Shown here: positions 36,526 to 49,070 of the stretch, piece after piece
Layout of the letters: each line of letters begins with the position of its first letter
Position numbering within the stretch: position 1 is the first letter of the stretch
The notes under the pieces: model-generated
The model's input: the letters and a program-made list of their open reading frames with translations, nothing else
What the model was told of the DNA's origin: nothing
Database searches by the model: none
Position numbers and translations under genes: made by a program
From: Narcine bancroftii
Taxonomy: Eukaryota
Assembly: GCF_036971445.1 (NCBI RefSeq)
Contig: NC_091470.1
Span: forward strand, 180,172,001-180,236,000
Length of the DNA stretch: 64,000 nucleotides
Direction of reading: 5' to 3'

Positions 36526-38952
36526 AGAGGCGTTTAAGGGGTTGTTTCTGACATTCAAGGGGTAGAAGAGAAATGAGGATCGACGGGGCACTGGCGAGAC
36601 CTTATTTGGAGTAACCGTGTGCAGTTTTGACCCCTTATCTTGGAAGGGATGCGATGATACTGGAGAGAGTTCAGTAATTTACCAGGATGTTGCATGGATT
36701 GAGAGGTGAGGTCAGCAGAGCTGGGACTTTTCTCTTTGGAGTCAAGAAGGGTGAGAGGAGACTTAATAGAGGCCGAGGAGGTTCTAAGAGGCAGAGATAA
36801 GGCGAACGGGCAGCTCCTGTTTCCCCTTGGACGGGAGTAGGAAAAGGGAAGGGAGGAAGTTTCTTCCCTTCAGCCATCAGGAGCCCCAGATCGGTGCTGT
36901 CGGTGAACACACAAAATTGTCCGCCGCGGGCGGGGGGGGGGGGGGGGAATATAAATAACCTGCGTTATCGGACCTGAGCCCTTTCATCAAGGTGCGAGCA
37001 AAGAGCGGGCAGGCACCCGGATAAAAAAAAAAGTGGGGAGGGGGAGGAGGACAGACCAACAGCCAAGAGGCCTTCGGACAAGGATCGGAGGGCAGGAGAG
37101 AGGTGAGAGTTGATTTCGACAGGTGGGGGGGGGGGGTGTGAAGCTCTGTGAATGCAGAGCCGGAGGGAAGGAGACGGTGACCGCGGCAGCGGGGCCAGCG
37201 AGGGGCTCTGAGGCTTAAGGACAGGCAGGCAGCGGGGCTGTTGGTGACTCAAGGCGAGGAACCCGTGCTGGTGATTGCGGTCAAGGGGCTCGCCCTCAGC
37301 TGCGGACTGCTGGAGACCTACCGAAGGGGCACCGACCGGGGCATCGGATGCAAGAGGGTCAAGGGGTTCCTGATCCTGTCGGAGGCTTGGATCTGGAGCT
37401 CGGGTCGGCGATGGTTTGGATTGAAGACTGCATGGCCGTGGGAGCTGAGTCCTCGGACACTCGGTGACCCTGGTGTCGGGTCGGGGGGGGGGGGGGGTCC
37501 TCCCTGACTATAAGGGACGCCGGGCAATTTCTGCTGATGGCAAATCTTTGCCCTCAGGAAATGTGGAGAACTTTTACCCATGTGCCAGATGATCCATTTG
37601 GACGCCAGATGGCAGTATTTTCCCATTAGTGGCTGCAGGCCTGTCACACGGCCCAGACTGGAGTCCCGACCACCGGGACGAGGAAGCCACTCTGTCCATC
37701 GCGACTGTCACAGAGCCATTTCCCCTTTCCTAAGATCATCTTTCATTATTTAACCAACTGAGGGTTATTATAATAAGCAGTATTGGAGGCGTGAAACAGA
37801 GGCCATTCGGTCCACTGTCTGTGCTGTCCCATCACAGATCCCATTTGATTCCACCACCCCCTCCCCAACATTCCCATTAAATTTCCCAGATTTTACCGCT
37901 CACTTACACACGAGACGTCCTCTACAGTGGCAATGTAGACATCACCCCCCCCCCCCACACTGTCACAGACCCCGCGGTTACACTGCCAGCTCCTTTAAAA
38001 GGCCATATTCCTCCTTCGCTATTTATTACTATTTTCCCTCTTGCAAAGGGGTCATTTAATGCAAATGTATTGTTTATTATTATATTTTACGGAGAGCTGC
38101 AGCAAATGAGAAGAATGTCAGAACACTTGAACACTGTGCTTGTGTATGATGATGGACTGTCAATGGGTGAGGCATAGATGAATGACACCTGGTCAAAGGT
38201 CAGACGTGATAGAGTTAGGATGGGCTGGTGGGGCCGAAGGCCTCGTGGTCTTGCAATGTGTCTCTGAGATGAAAAGTGTGCTGTCCGTCTGCATCACAGC
38301 CTGGTTAAGGGGGCACCAATACTTCTGAGGGTAGAGCCCCGCGCAAAAACGTTGTAGACACAGCCCAGGACATCAGAGGCCAAAACCCTCCCCACCGTCG
38401 GGAACATCAGCGGGGAACGCTGCCGTCGGAGGGCAGCAGTGATCATCAAGGATCCATACCCCCCCCCCCCCTACAAGACACACCACCAGGTTCAGGAACA
38501 GCGGCTCCCCCTCCATCAGACACCTCAATGACAAACTCAATCGGGGACTCATTTAAAGACTCTTACTTGTGGACTTTGATTTTTTTTTCTCTTGCACAGT
38601 CAGTTTGTTAACATTTCTTTATCTGTTAACATGTATGCACCATGTACAGTGGTAATACCGCCTGGCCCACAGTAAAATAATCTCAGGGTTCTAAGTATAT
38701 CATGTATGTATTTTGACGTTAAATCTGAATCTGTTCCCCACACAGCAAATGACAACAGGCCTGAGCTCGTTCACTTCAAAGCTCTCGGCTCGCAGATGCT
38801 CCCCGTGATCTGGTCACCTCTGTGTGGGAAAGAGGGAACACTGTTTACCAGCTGCTGACAGCTGTCAGCGTGTGGGACAGGCTCAGCTGTCTTCAGTCGC
38901 CCCCGCATTCTGTCTCGCTGACGCTGCCTGTGTTCTCCTCTGGCTGCCCACC

Positions 38953-39040
38953 AGAGGACACGGAGCCTGCCGCCACCATCTCTGCAGCAGAGCTCTGGGG
39001 CGTGGAGCTGCAGAGACCCCGCCCCTTCATCTGCGAGGCG
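38953..39040 (+). pseudogene. Possible relic of a CTLD C-terminal exon
   Basis: Pyrimidine-rich acceptor ..cccaccAG, then (C)ATI..LW..(SC)..RPFICE with the cysteines out of frame. Confidence 0.35.
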
Positions 39041-39847
39041 GCTGGTTCGGGTGGGGGGTTCCACGGGGAGGTGGGGTGGGGGTGGTGTCCCGGGGGGTCT
39101 CCCAGCAGCAATCAGGATCGGGCACACGTGCGTACACACACACACCACACCCTACACACAACCATACTACATGCACACATAAACAACCACAGACACACAA
39201 CCACACACACTCAGACAAAACAGAACAAGAGGAGAACTTTCTTCAGCCAGAGGGTGGTGAATTTACGGAATGTGATGACACAGACAGCTGTGGAGGCCAA
39301 GTTATTGGGTAGCTTTAAAGGAAAGCCTGGTAAGTGGAGTCTCACAGGTTATGGGGAGGATGTGAGAGAAGGGAGGAAAAATAAATCAGCCATGACTTGA
39401 AGAGCAGAGAAGACTTGATGGGCTGAATGGCCTAATTTTAGTCCTGCAAGTTCTGGTCCAGAAGAAATGGTAGAGATGGGGACAGCAGCAAAAGGTCCAT
39501 GGATTGGAAAGGTTTGGACAGATATGAGCCAAACGCAGGCAAGTGGGATAAGTTTGGATGGACCACCTGGCTGCTGTGGAATATCAATGCTTCAGGAAGT
39601 GTTAATGACCTTGAAACAGAGCTTATAAATATCACATGATTTCAACTGATTCTTTCTCTCTCTGCAACATTCTACTCTGCATTATGCTTTACTTTGGTCG
39701 ACCTAAGTCAAGTTTATTGTCATCCGATTGTACAACCTGACGAAGCAGCATCCTCTGGTCCTTGGTGTAAAACATGCAGACACACAACCAGACATAACTC
39801 ACATACAGACAAACAATACAGAGGCAGGACAAGTATTTCATCAATAC

Positions 39848-40143
39848 CAGTGGTTTTCAAACTTTTGCTTTCCAATCATGTACCACCTTATGTAGCGGTC
39901 AGCGCAAAACCTTTACTGTGCCAGTGATGGGTTTGAATTCTGCACTTGTCTGTAAGGAGTTTGTACGTTCTCCCCGTGTCTGTGTGGGTTTTCCCCAGCG
40001 GCTCTGGTTTCCTCCCATCGTTCGAAACATACCAGGGGTTGTGGGTTAATGAGGATATAATCCCTTACTAATCACAGAGCACCTATGGCAAAGGGATTAC
40101 TTAAGGTGGTATGTGAGTGGAAAGAAAAGTTTGAAAACCACTA
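39848..40143. mobile_element. Short hAT MITE interrupted by a SINE, inside a Rex1-like tail
   Basis: TIRs CAGTGGTTTTCAAAC / GTTTGAAAACCACTA; 8-bp TSD ATCAATAC / ATCGATAC. Fragments of the same family at ~7260-7500. Confidence 0.75.
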
Positions 40144-40664
40144 ATCGATACATATAAATAGATATTGTTTAGTAAATATGAGAGTTTCGGAGGGTCAGTA
40201 TGAGCAGTTCCTTTGGTCGTTCAGTGTTCTCATTGCCTGTGGGGAGAAGCTGTTCCTCAGCCTGGTGGAGCTGGCTCTGATCCTCCTGTATCTCTTCCCC
40301 GACAGGAGCAGCTGAAAAGATACTGTGCATCTTTGTGGAAGGGGTCCTCGATAATTTTGCACTGCCATTGGTAGATCACATCAATGTGGGGGGAGACCCC
40401 AGGGATCCTCTTATGGTCTTGAGGTTGACCTCCAATCCATTTCTCTGCAGCAACCGTACCCACACTGTGATGAGTTGGTAGAGGTTGACTTTCCTGAATA
40501 GCACCCAAGATATCTCACTCCCTCTCAGTCAACAATTCAATAATAAAAGTCAACAGTTTCTCCCACCACAAACACTGGACTCAGCGGCACCCCCACCCCA
40601 CAGGATTTAGAGGCCCGTGTTCAGGTTCTGTTTGCTGATTGATGGAGCTTTGGGGCAACTTAAT

Positions 40665-42594
40665 GAGGGAGGGAAGAAAAGAGGAGGGGGAGGGAGAGGC
40701 GGGATGGAGAGAGAAAGGTGGGAGGGAGAAGCGGAGTGAGGGGGAGGGAGAGGGAAAGGCAGGAGGGGAGAGGGGAATAAGGAAGGGGAGGGAGAGGGGG
40801 ATCTGAGGGAAGGGGAGAGAGCGGAGAGGAGAGAGGGTGGGAAAGGTGGGAGTGCGAGGGAAAGGCGGGAGGGGGAGGGGAGAAGGAAAGGGGAGGGAGG
40901 AAAGGTTGGAGGAGGGGGGAGTGAGAAGGGAGGGAAAGGTGGGAGGAGAGGGGTAGTGAGAAGGGAAGGGGAGGGAGGGGGAGAAGGGAAGGGGAGGGAG
41001 GGGGAGAAGGGGAGGGAGGGGGAGAAGGGGAGGGAGGGGGCGAAGGGAAGGGGAGGGAGGGGGCGAAGGGAAGGGGAGGGAGGGGGCGAAGGGAAGGGGA
41101 GGGAGGGGGCGAAGGGAAGGGGAGGGAGGGGGCGAAGGGAAGGGGAGGGAGGGGCGAAGGGAAGGGGAGGGAGGGGGCGTAGGGAAGGGGAGGGAGGGGG
41201 CGAAGGGAAGGGGAGGGAGGGGGCGAAGGGAAGGGGAGGGAGGGGGAGAAGGGAAGGGGAGGGAGGGGGAGAAGGGAAGGGGAGGGAGGGGGAGAAGGGA
41301 AGGGGAGGGAGGGGGAGAAGGGAAGGGGAGGGAGGGGGAGAAGGGAAGGGGAGGGAGGGGGAGAAGGGAAGGGGAGGGAGGGGGAGAAGGGAAGGGAAGA
41401 AGGAAAGGGGAGGGGGTTGTGAGAGGGAAAGGCGGGAGGGAGGGAGAGAGAGGGAAAGGCGGGAGGGAGGGAGAGAGGGAAAGGCGGGAGGGAGGGAGAG
41501 AGAGGGAAAGGCGGGAGGGAGGGAGAGAGAGGGAAAGGCGGGAGGGAGGGAGAGAGAGGGAAAGGCGGGAGGGAGGGAGAGAGAGGGAAAGGCGGGAGGG
41601 AGGGAGAGAGAGGGAAAGGCGGGAGGGAGGGAGAGAGAGGGAAAGGCGGGAGGGAGGGAGAGAGAGGGAAAGGCGGGAGGGAGGGAGAGAGAGGGAAAGG
41701 CGGGAGGGAGGGAGAGAGAGGGAAAGGCGGGAGGGAGGGAGAGAGAGGGAAAGGCGGGAGGGAGGGAGAGAGAGGGAGAGGCGGGAGGGAGGGAGAGAGA
41801 GGGAGAGGCGGGTGGGAGAGAGGGAGAGGCGGGTGGGAGAGGCGGGTGGGAGGGAGGGAGAGGGAAAGGCGGGAGGGAGAGGGAAGGGGAGAATGAATGG
41901 GAGAGAGGGAGAAGATTTATGGGGGAGGGGAGAGGGAAGAGGAGAAGAGAGGGGAAACAGTTAGAGAGGGATGAAGTGAGAGAAGGGTAGGGAGGGGGAA
42001 AATGGGGTGATGAGAGGGAGGGAGGAGGGAGACAGGAGTGAAGGGAAAGTAAAAGGGGTGAGGAAGGAGAACAGAGAGGGAAAATAAGGGAGAGAGGAAG
42101 GCAGAGAGAGGAGCGGATGAGAGGGGAGATATGGGATGAGGAGGCAAGAGAGGGGAGGGGGAGAAAGAAAGGGGGAGTGAATGAGAGGGGAGGGGAGAGG
42201 GAAAGTAGGGGGAAATGCGAGAAGGAGAGGGGGAGAGAAAGGGCGAGTGAATGAGAAAGGAAGAGAAGGGGGAAATGCGAGGAGAGAAAGGGGGAGTGAA
42301 TGAGAGAAGCGGAGGGTTGAGAGGGAGAGAAGGGGAAATGCGAGAAGGAGAGAGAAAGCGGGAGTGAATGAGAGAGAAGGGGAGGGGAGAGAGGGAGAGA
42401 AGGGGGAAATGCGAAAAGGAGAGGGGAGAGAGAAAGGGCGTGAATGAGAGAGAAGGGGAGGGGAGAGAGGGAGAGAAGGGGGAAATGCGAGAAGGAGAGG
42501 GGGAGAGAGAAAGGGCGAGTGAATGAGAGAGAAGGGGAGGGGAGAGAGAGGGACCGCCAGAAAGAGAGAGAGAGAAACGGGAAAAGAGGTGTAG

Positions 42595-42630
<36 letters not shown>
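40665..42630 (+). repeat. ~2-kb polypurine tract with nested minisatellites and a terminal (GA)n
   Basis: ~23-bp GGAGAAGGGAAGGGGAGGGAGGG units, 27-bp GAGAGAGGGAAAGGCGGGAGGGAGGGA units, ~57-bp GGAAATGCGAG..GAGTGAATGAGA units. Confidence 0.95.
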
Positions 42631-42634
<4 letters not shown>

Positions 42635-42639
42635 AGGGT

Positions 42640-43090
42640 CGTGGGGGAGGAGGCGGCGCCAGCCGGAGGAATCGATGCATCGCCAGCCCGGGAAGCGCTC
42701 AGTTGCCGCAGGCAGCACGGAGCGAGCAGGAGTCGCAGACACAAAGGAGAGCGGGCGCCGGCAGGGCGAGCGGACTTGTCGGGGGCCAACACGCCAGCCT
42801 CTCGGCGCTCGGGTCGGAGCAACGGTGCCCGGTCCCGGCACCTGGCCCATGGAGCCGGGGAAGGCTGGCCGCCGCCGCCCGCTCAGCTGGGTCCCGGAGA
42901 GCAGCAGGCAGCCTGCCCGAGGTTAGTCCGTTCACCGGCTCCCGCCGGGCGCTTCGGCCCATCGAGGGCGTGCAAGCCCACAGCTCTCCCCCGTGCACCC
43001 AGGGAGAATGCACAGCTGGAGAGCGTGCAAACTCCACATCGACAGCAGCAGTTCGAACGCTGGTCTCTGGCGCCGCTGTCCCGCTAAGGG
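42640..43090 (+). promoter_or_regulatory. CpG-rich island with candidate first exon (ATG 42849, donor after 42921)
   Basis: High GC and CpG; GGCCCATGG start context; MEPGKAGRRRPLSWVPESSRQPAR then GAG|GTTAGT. Gene not recognised. Confidence 0.45.
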
Positions 43091-43214
43091 TTAGTGTGGA
43101 GGGGTTGGGGGTAACACGGTGAATAGTCACAGTAATAGGCCCTTTGGCCCATTTGGTGTCTGCTAGCCCTCAAATTCCCATCCATACTACTGCTGGTCCC
43201 TAGATTTGGCCCAT

Positions 43215-43365
43215 GGGGGGAGGAGTGAGACAGGGGGAGAGTGAGAGCTAGGGTATGGGAAAGAGGGGGGAGTGAGAGCTGGGGTATGGGAGAGAGGGGG
43301 GAGTGAGAGCTGGGATACGTGGGAGAGGGGGAGTGAGAGCTGGGGTATGTGGGAGAGGGGGGTGG
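43215..43365 (+). repeat. Degenerate ~28-30-bp tandem repeat
   Basis: GGGGAGTGAGAGCTGGGGTATG.GAGAG repeated about 4-5 times. Confidence 0.8.
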
Positions 43366-46300
43366 GAGAGATGGAGTGAGAGAGGGGAAGTGAGGGACTG
43401 TAGAAGAGGGGAGGGTGTATGTGAAGGAGAGGAGGGAAGAATCAGGTGAGAGAGGTGATGAGGAAGGGAGGAGGAAGAGAGGGGAGAATCTGGGGGAGGG
43501 ATGGATGAAAAGGTGGCCCATGTTTTAACCCCCCCCATCCAGTGCAAATACCCACCCTTCACCTTTCCCCAATGTTCTCCAAACTCATCACATCACATTC
43601 CTCCATGCCATTCCTTTGCTGAAGAGTGATCCGATGAATCCCAATCTTCCCTGTCCCTAAACTTAAAACGCATCTGGATCCCCTCCTTCCTCTTCCTTTC
43701 GCCATCCAACCCCATCTTAGTGGCCCACCTGGAGACTGGGAGCTTCACTCTGAATCCCTTCCCCCACCCCCCCTTTGAACCCATGTTCCCAACCGTATGG
43801 ACGTGATCATCCTCTGGACTCCAGAGTTCACCTCGAGCACCAGTTTCACGTTACCTCACTCATGTAAATCTTCTCGAATCTGGGCCAGTGCGATCATCAG
43901 TGTTGAATCATAACCAGCGGAGCAGCAGATCTTCGTCCCACTCACTAAGAGGGTTGCTGCCCGCACCGGGTGATACCATCAGAGGGGATGACCCTAAAAT
44001 GACTGTCTATAAATGTTTGTGTGGTGTTTCAGCAGAAGGTTATTATTTTTTATAACAACAAAAACATTTTCCGTCAGCCCAGCTGACATGTATCAAGGCT
44101 AAAACCCGATGCTCGTTTACGTTTCAAATCTCCGGTCAGAGTTGTCGTTATGACCCAATGACAACGACGCTTCGAAGCCAGTGGTTTCGCCCACATAATC
44201 AAGCGCTGTTGTTTTTGTTGCTGCTGGTGTCTTTACAGTCGCTGCTTTGGTCAAATGTTCTGGTGTTTTAGCTAGAATATTGTGGTCATTAGTAATTGTA
44301 AGCTGTAATCAATCACTTTTTTTGAGAATGAAGTCGTAATTAAAGGAAGAGAAGGGGAAAAAAAAGCTTCAGATCAGTTACTCTGTTATGGGGGAGGTGA
44401 CACCAGGAGTTACCGCACTGGGTGACACCAACCCTCGTGACGCCACTGGTCCCACTGCCATCAGGAAGGAGGTACAGGAGATCAAACTCGGGACCGTCAG
44501 GTTTGGGCACAGGCTGTGAAGTTAATGAACACCATCCTGTAACCTTAACTCTCACAAATGAAATGAGCAAATTATTCTGAAAGGTTTATACAGATATATT
44601 TGATATATCTTGCTATGTGATTATTGTTTGGGCCGTGGTCCGGCTTCGTCTGGTTGTGTTTTGTACAGTCAGATAATAATGAATGAATTGGCGGGGTGGC
44701 TCCCACAGCCCATCCAAGTGATGTCGGGGCATCTTGGTGGCACAGCAGGTCGAGCCGCTGCCTCGGGGAACCCGGGGTTCATCCCCGCTTTCGGCGCCGC
44801 CTGCTTCCCCCCCCCGTGACCTTGTGGGTTTACATCACTGGCCCCCAGTGTGGGGGGGAGGGGGTAGAATCCGCGGAGAACGGGTGGCTGCTGGGAATGG
44901 GTGGGGAAATCCAACAGGAGCAGGGTTGGATGGTGTGGGCTAGCATGGGCATGGTGGGCTGGAGGGCTGTGTGTCTTTATGAGGAATGGGGTGGGGGATT
45001 TGGAGTCCACTGCCAGCACTGCGTGCTTGCATAATGTCTGCATGCGTGTATTTGTCTGTATACACATGCATATTGTGTATTCTGTGTTCAAACACCTGAG
45101 GAGATCTGTGCAAAGTGAGGGGAGGAAAGGTAAGGGAGACATCAGGGATATAGACACCTCTGTTCTCACTGCTGCCATCAGGAAAGAGGTATCAGTGCCA
45201 CCAGACTCGCACCACCAGGTCCAGGAACAGCTGCTCCCCCTCCACCCTCAGACTCCTCAACGACAAACTCAATCAAGGACTCGTTTAAGGACTTCGACTT
45301 CTGCACTTTATTGATTTTCCTCTCTGTATTGCTCAGTCAGTTTGTTTACATTTCTTTATCTGTTTACGCTGTGTGCAGTTTTTTTTGCTCTACCGATAAG
45401 TGGTAATTCTGCCTGGCCCGCAGGTAAAAGAATCCCAGGGTTGTACGCGCTCTGACCATAAATCTGAATATGAAGATTGTGGGGGCTGGGAATGCTTCGC
45501 TAAGGGCTGGGGTGGAGACTGGAACATTCGGGGAATTTAATTAACTCTGAGATGGTCCCATGGATGGAAGCAAAATAGAGGGGGGTTTACAAGTGTGAGG
45601 TAAGGAAGGTTTAGATGGTGAGTTGGTTAATATGGGTCAGCACAACATCACGGGCTGAAGGGCCTGTGCTGGAATGCTCAATGTTTATTGTATGTGTGCG
45701 TACGTTTGTGTGGGTGTGAGAGGGAGAGAGGCAGTGGCAAAGGTAGAGAGAATTCAAGATTCCTTCATTGACATGTAATAAAAACAGTGCTACATTCCAC
45801 GGAATTTGCTTTTGTCTGCATTAAGGCAGATTTGTCTGATGTGCCTCTTACAGTCAGAGAAAGAGAAGCAGACGTTTCCCCCCTCCCCACCCACCAGAGT
45901 TACTGTGTGTCTGAGGATTCGACCCCTCAAACATACAGTACAGAGCCGAGCCTCCGACACAGTCAGGAAGCCTTCAGTTCCCCTCACATCCCGATTCTGA
46001 CACCCGATGCCCCTTCAGCCAGTCTCCGGCAGTCGGCTGCCCGGTGTGAATCCCTTGCCTGCAGCCCCGCGTGGGTCACTCGCCTCGGGAGAATTCCACC
46101 CATCTCTGCCATGTGAAGACAGGTGCTAGTTTGTCCACAGCCAGGATGAACTTTCCAGGGTAAAAATGTCTGCTTCAATATTCAATATATTGTCATGTAA
46201 TAAAGACGGTGTAATATTACACTGAACTTGTTTTCGTCTGCAGTAAGGTGGACGGGTTCGCCGTCGGCAAAAATTGCCTGAGGCGCCCCCCCCCCCACTT

Positions 46301-47479
46301 TACAGTCAGAGAAAGAGAGTTCCCCTCAGAGTCGTCGAGTGTCCGTGGATTCGCCTCCAGTCCAAACCATCGGCAGCCTGAGCTCCAGATCCCAACCTTC
46401 AAGACGATGTGTTACAGGGAAAGGTTCAACAGCTTCATACATTATTCCCTGGAGCGTAGAAGAATGAAGGGAGATTTGCTAGAGGTGTTTAAAATTATGA
46501 GGGGGGGGATAGACAGAGTAAATGTAGGTTGGCTTTTTCCCACTGAGGGTAGGTGAGATACAAACCCATGTCAAGGGTGAAAGGGGAAAAGTTTAGGGAG
46601 AACTTCACTCAGAGAGAACTGAAGTGGTGAACACGGGCTCAGATATAATACAAGAAGAATTTGGACAGGTACGTGGATGGAGGGCTAAGGGCTGGGCAAG
46701 AAAAGAGTGGTTTGGCACGGACTAGAAGGGCCAAAGTGGCCTGTTACTGCACTGTAATTGCTCTATGGTTCTGTGTGTTTGAGAGAGGGGGGATGTGTGA
46801 GGCATGTTTTTTAAGAGCAGTGGGTGCCTCAAACAGGGTCATGGTGGAAGCAGATGTAGTGGCAGCATTTAAGAGGATTCTAGCTCGACATGCGGGTATC
46901 AGAAGGGATGGAAGGATGTGATCGTTTGCAAAGAATCATGTCCAGTACAAATACTGTGGGCAGAAGGGCTTGTCCTGTGTTCTGTGTTTAAAAACTATGA
47001 ACTTGGTCTGCATGGGTTAGAGTTCAGTGGAAGTAAGATCTTGACACAGAAGAAACTCAGCAGGTCAAACTGTGTACATTATAAAGATGTGTTACCAACA
47101 TTTCAGGCTTGAGCCCTTCATCGACGTTGATGCCTCTGGGCAGATTTGGAGGAGGAGAAAGGTCTTTGAGGCTTGGGCGCAAAGCATTCGAAGTAAGGGC
47201 GTGATGAGGCGGGACTGCGATGCTTTCATAGGCAAGGGTATCAGATCATGTCGACGTGTCCCTTCAAACCCACAACCCTCCTGGGTCACCAGAGAGGGGT
47301 TAGACCAAATCAGCCCTGAACTTGGTGCAATATAACAGAGTCCCGTGTCCAGAGGATGGTGTAAAAAGTGCTGTACACGGGAGGGGGAATGGGGAATGCA
47401 ATAGAGACCTGTGTATGTGGGTGATGTAACTGAGCCTTGCATATAGCGTGAGTCAAGATATTACCTTGAACTCAGCAGG

Positions 47480-47975
47480 TCGTGTAATTGAACCCTGCAT
47501 ATAAGGCACGGTGTAATTGAGCCCCGTGTACAAGGCGCAGTATAATTGAGCCCCGTGTATAAGACGCGGTGTAATTGAGCCCTGTGTACAAGACGCAGTG
47601 TAACTGAGCCCTGTGTACAAGGCGTAATGTAATCGAGCCCTGTGTACAAGGCGCGATGTAATTGAGCCCTGTGTACAAGATGCGGTGTAATTGAGCCTTG
47701 GGTTCAGAGGTGCATGTGGCCCTGCATACAAGGGAGTGTATCTGAGCCTTGAGTACAGGGGAATGTATTTGAGCCCTGGGTACAGGGGCGAGTATTTGAG
47801 CCCTGCGTACGGGGGGGTTGTATCTGAGCCCTGCGTACGGGGGGGTTGTATCTGAGCCCTGCGTACGGGGCAGTTGTATCTGAGCCCTGTGTACGGGAGC
47901 ATGTATCTGAGCCCTGCGTACGAGGGCATGTATCTGAGCCCTGCGTACGGGGGGTGTGTCTGAGCCATGCGTACA
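47480..47975 (+). repeat. Degenerate 28-29-bp minisatellite
   Basis: GTAATTGAGCCCTGTGTACAAGGCGC units grading into GTATCTGAGCCCTGCGTACGGGGG units. Confidence 0.9.
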
Positions 47976-48504
47976 ATGGGGTGTGTAATGGACCGTTTTG
48001 TTCAGACGATGACATACTGGAGCCGAGAGCTCAGACGAGAGCAGGATGATGTAACAGACACTGCCCAGCAAGTGGCCGACAGCTGCTCACAGACACTCAA
48101 AGAGCACCCTGTGACAGCAGCCGTCGCTGCATAGTGGGAAGTTGACGTAAGTGCCTTGCACACCTGACCCAGTGGCGTTCCTCCTAAAGGACATGGGGGT
48201 GGGGGGTGTGGAATAGTGCTCCCGGATATCGTGGAGGAGAGGCGGGTGACGGCGTCAGGGCAGACTCCGACACATCAGAAAGAAGAAGCGGTGGCGGGGG
48301 GGGGGGGTGGGGGGGAAGCTCAGACCATCGTCTGTGGAGAAAGACGTTCAGTCAGGGTCAACCCGAAATGTGGGCTGGCCATCTCTCTCTCCATGGAGTC
48401 CCTCCAACCTCCCTCCATCCAGTCTGTGTTTTGTGTGACGTGCGAGAGCATCTGGCATTCGGGATGGGATTGGTTGGAGAATGTGTCAACGCAGGTGGTG
48501 AAGA

Positions 48505-49070
48505 TCTGTACGAACTAATGGTGAGGCCGCATCTGGGGCACTGGGCACAGATCTTGTCTCCGTTCCTGAGGAAGGATGGACTGGCTCTGGAGGCGGTTCC
48601 AGAGGAGGTTGGTTCCACAGATGAGGGGGTTGGCCTATGAGGAGAGATGGAGGCGTCTGGGACTGTACTCGCTGGGATTTGGAAGAACGAGAGAGGATCT
48701 TATAGAAATGTATAAAATTATGAAAGACGTAGATAAGATAGAGGTTGGTATGTTGTTCCCATCGGTGTGGGGAGACCAGAACTAGGGGACACGGTTTCAA
48801 GATCTAGGGTAATGGATTTAGGACGAAGATGAGGAGGAACTGCTTTTCCTGGGGTGGGGTGGGGGGGGGGGGGGGAGTCTGTGGAATTTGCTGCCTGTTG
48901 AAGCAATGGAGGCGACCCCCCGTAAATACATTGAAGTCATTTTAAGGTTGGATGGATTTTTACATATTAAAGGATATGGGGGAAAGGCCGGTCGGTGGAG
49001 ACAAGCCGCATCGAAAGGTGGAGCAGGGCTCGACGGGCGGGATGGCTGACCCCTACTCTTATTTCTCCTG
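48505..49070 (+). mobile_element. CR1 3' fragment
   Basis: LYELMVRPHLGH, LAYEERWRRLGLYSL..EDLIEMYKIMK. Confidence 0.75.

Noticed and set aside
40607-42926. Pro/Ser/Leu-rich and Gly/Arg/Glu-rich long ORFs
   Set aside because: Translation of a low-complexity purine tract.
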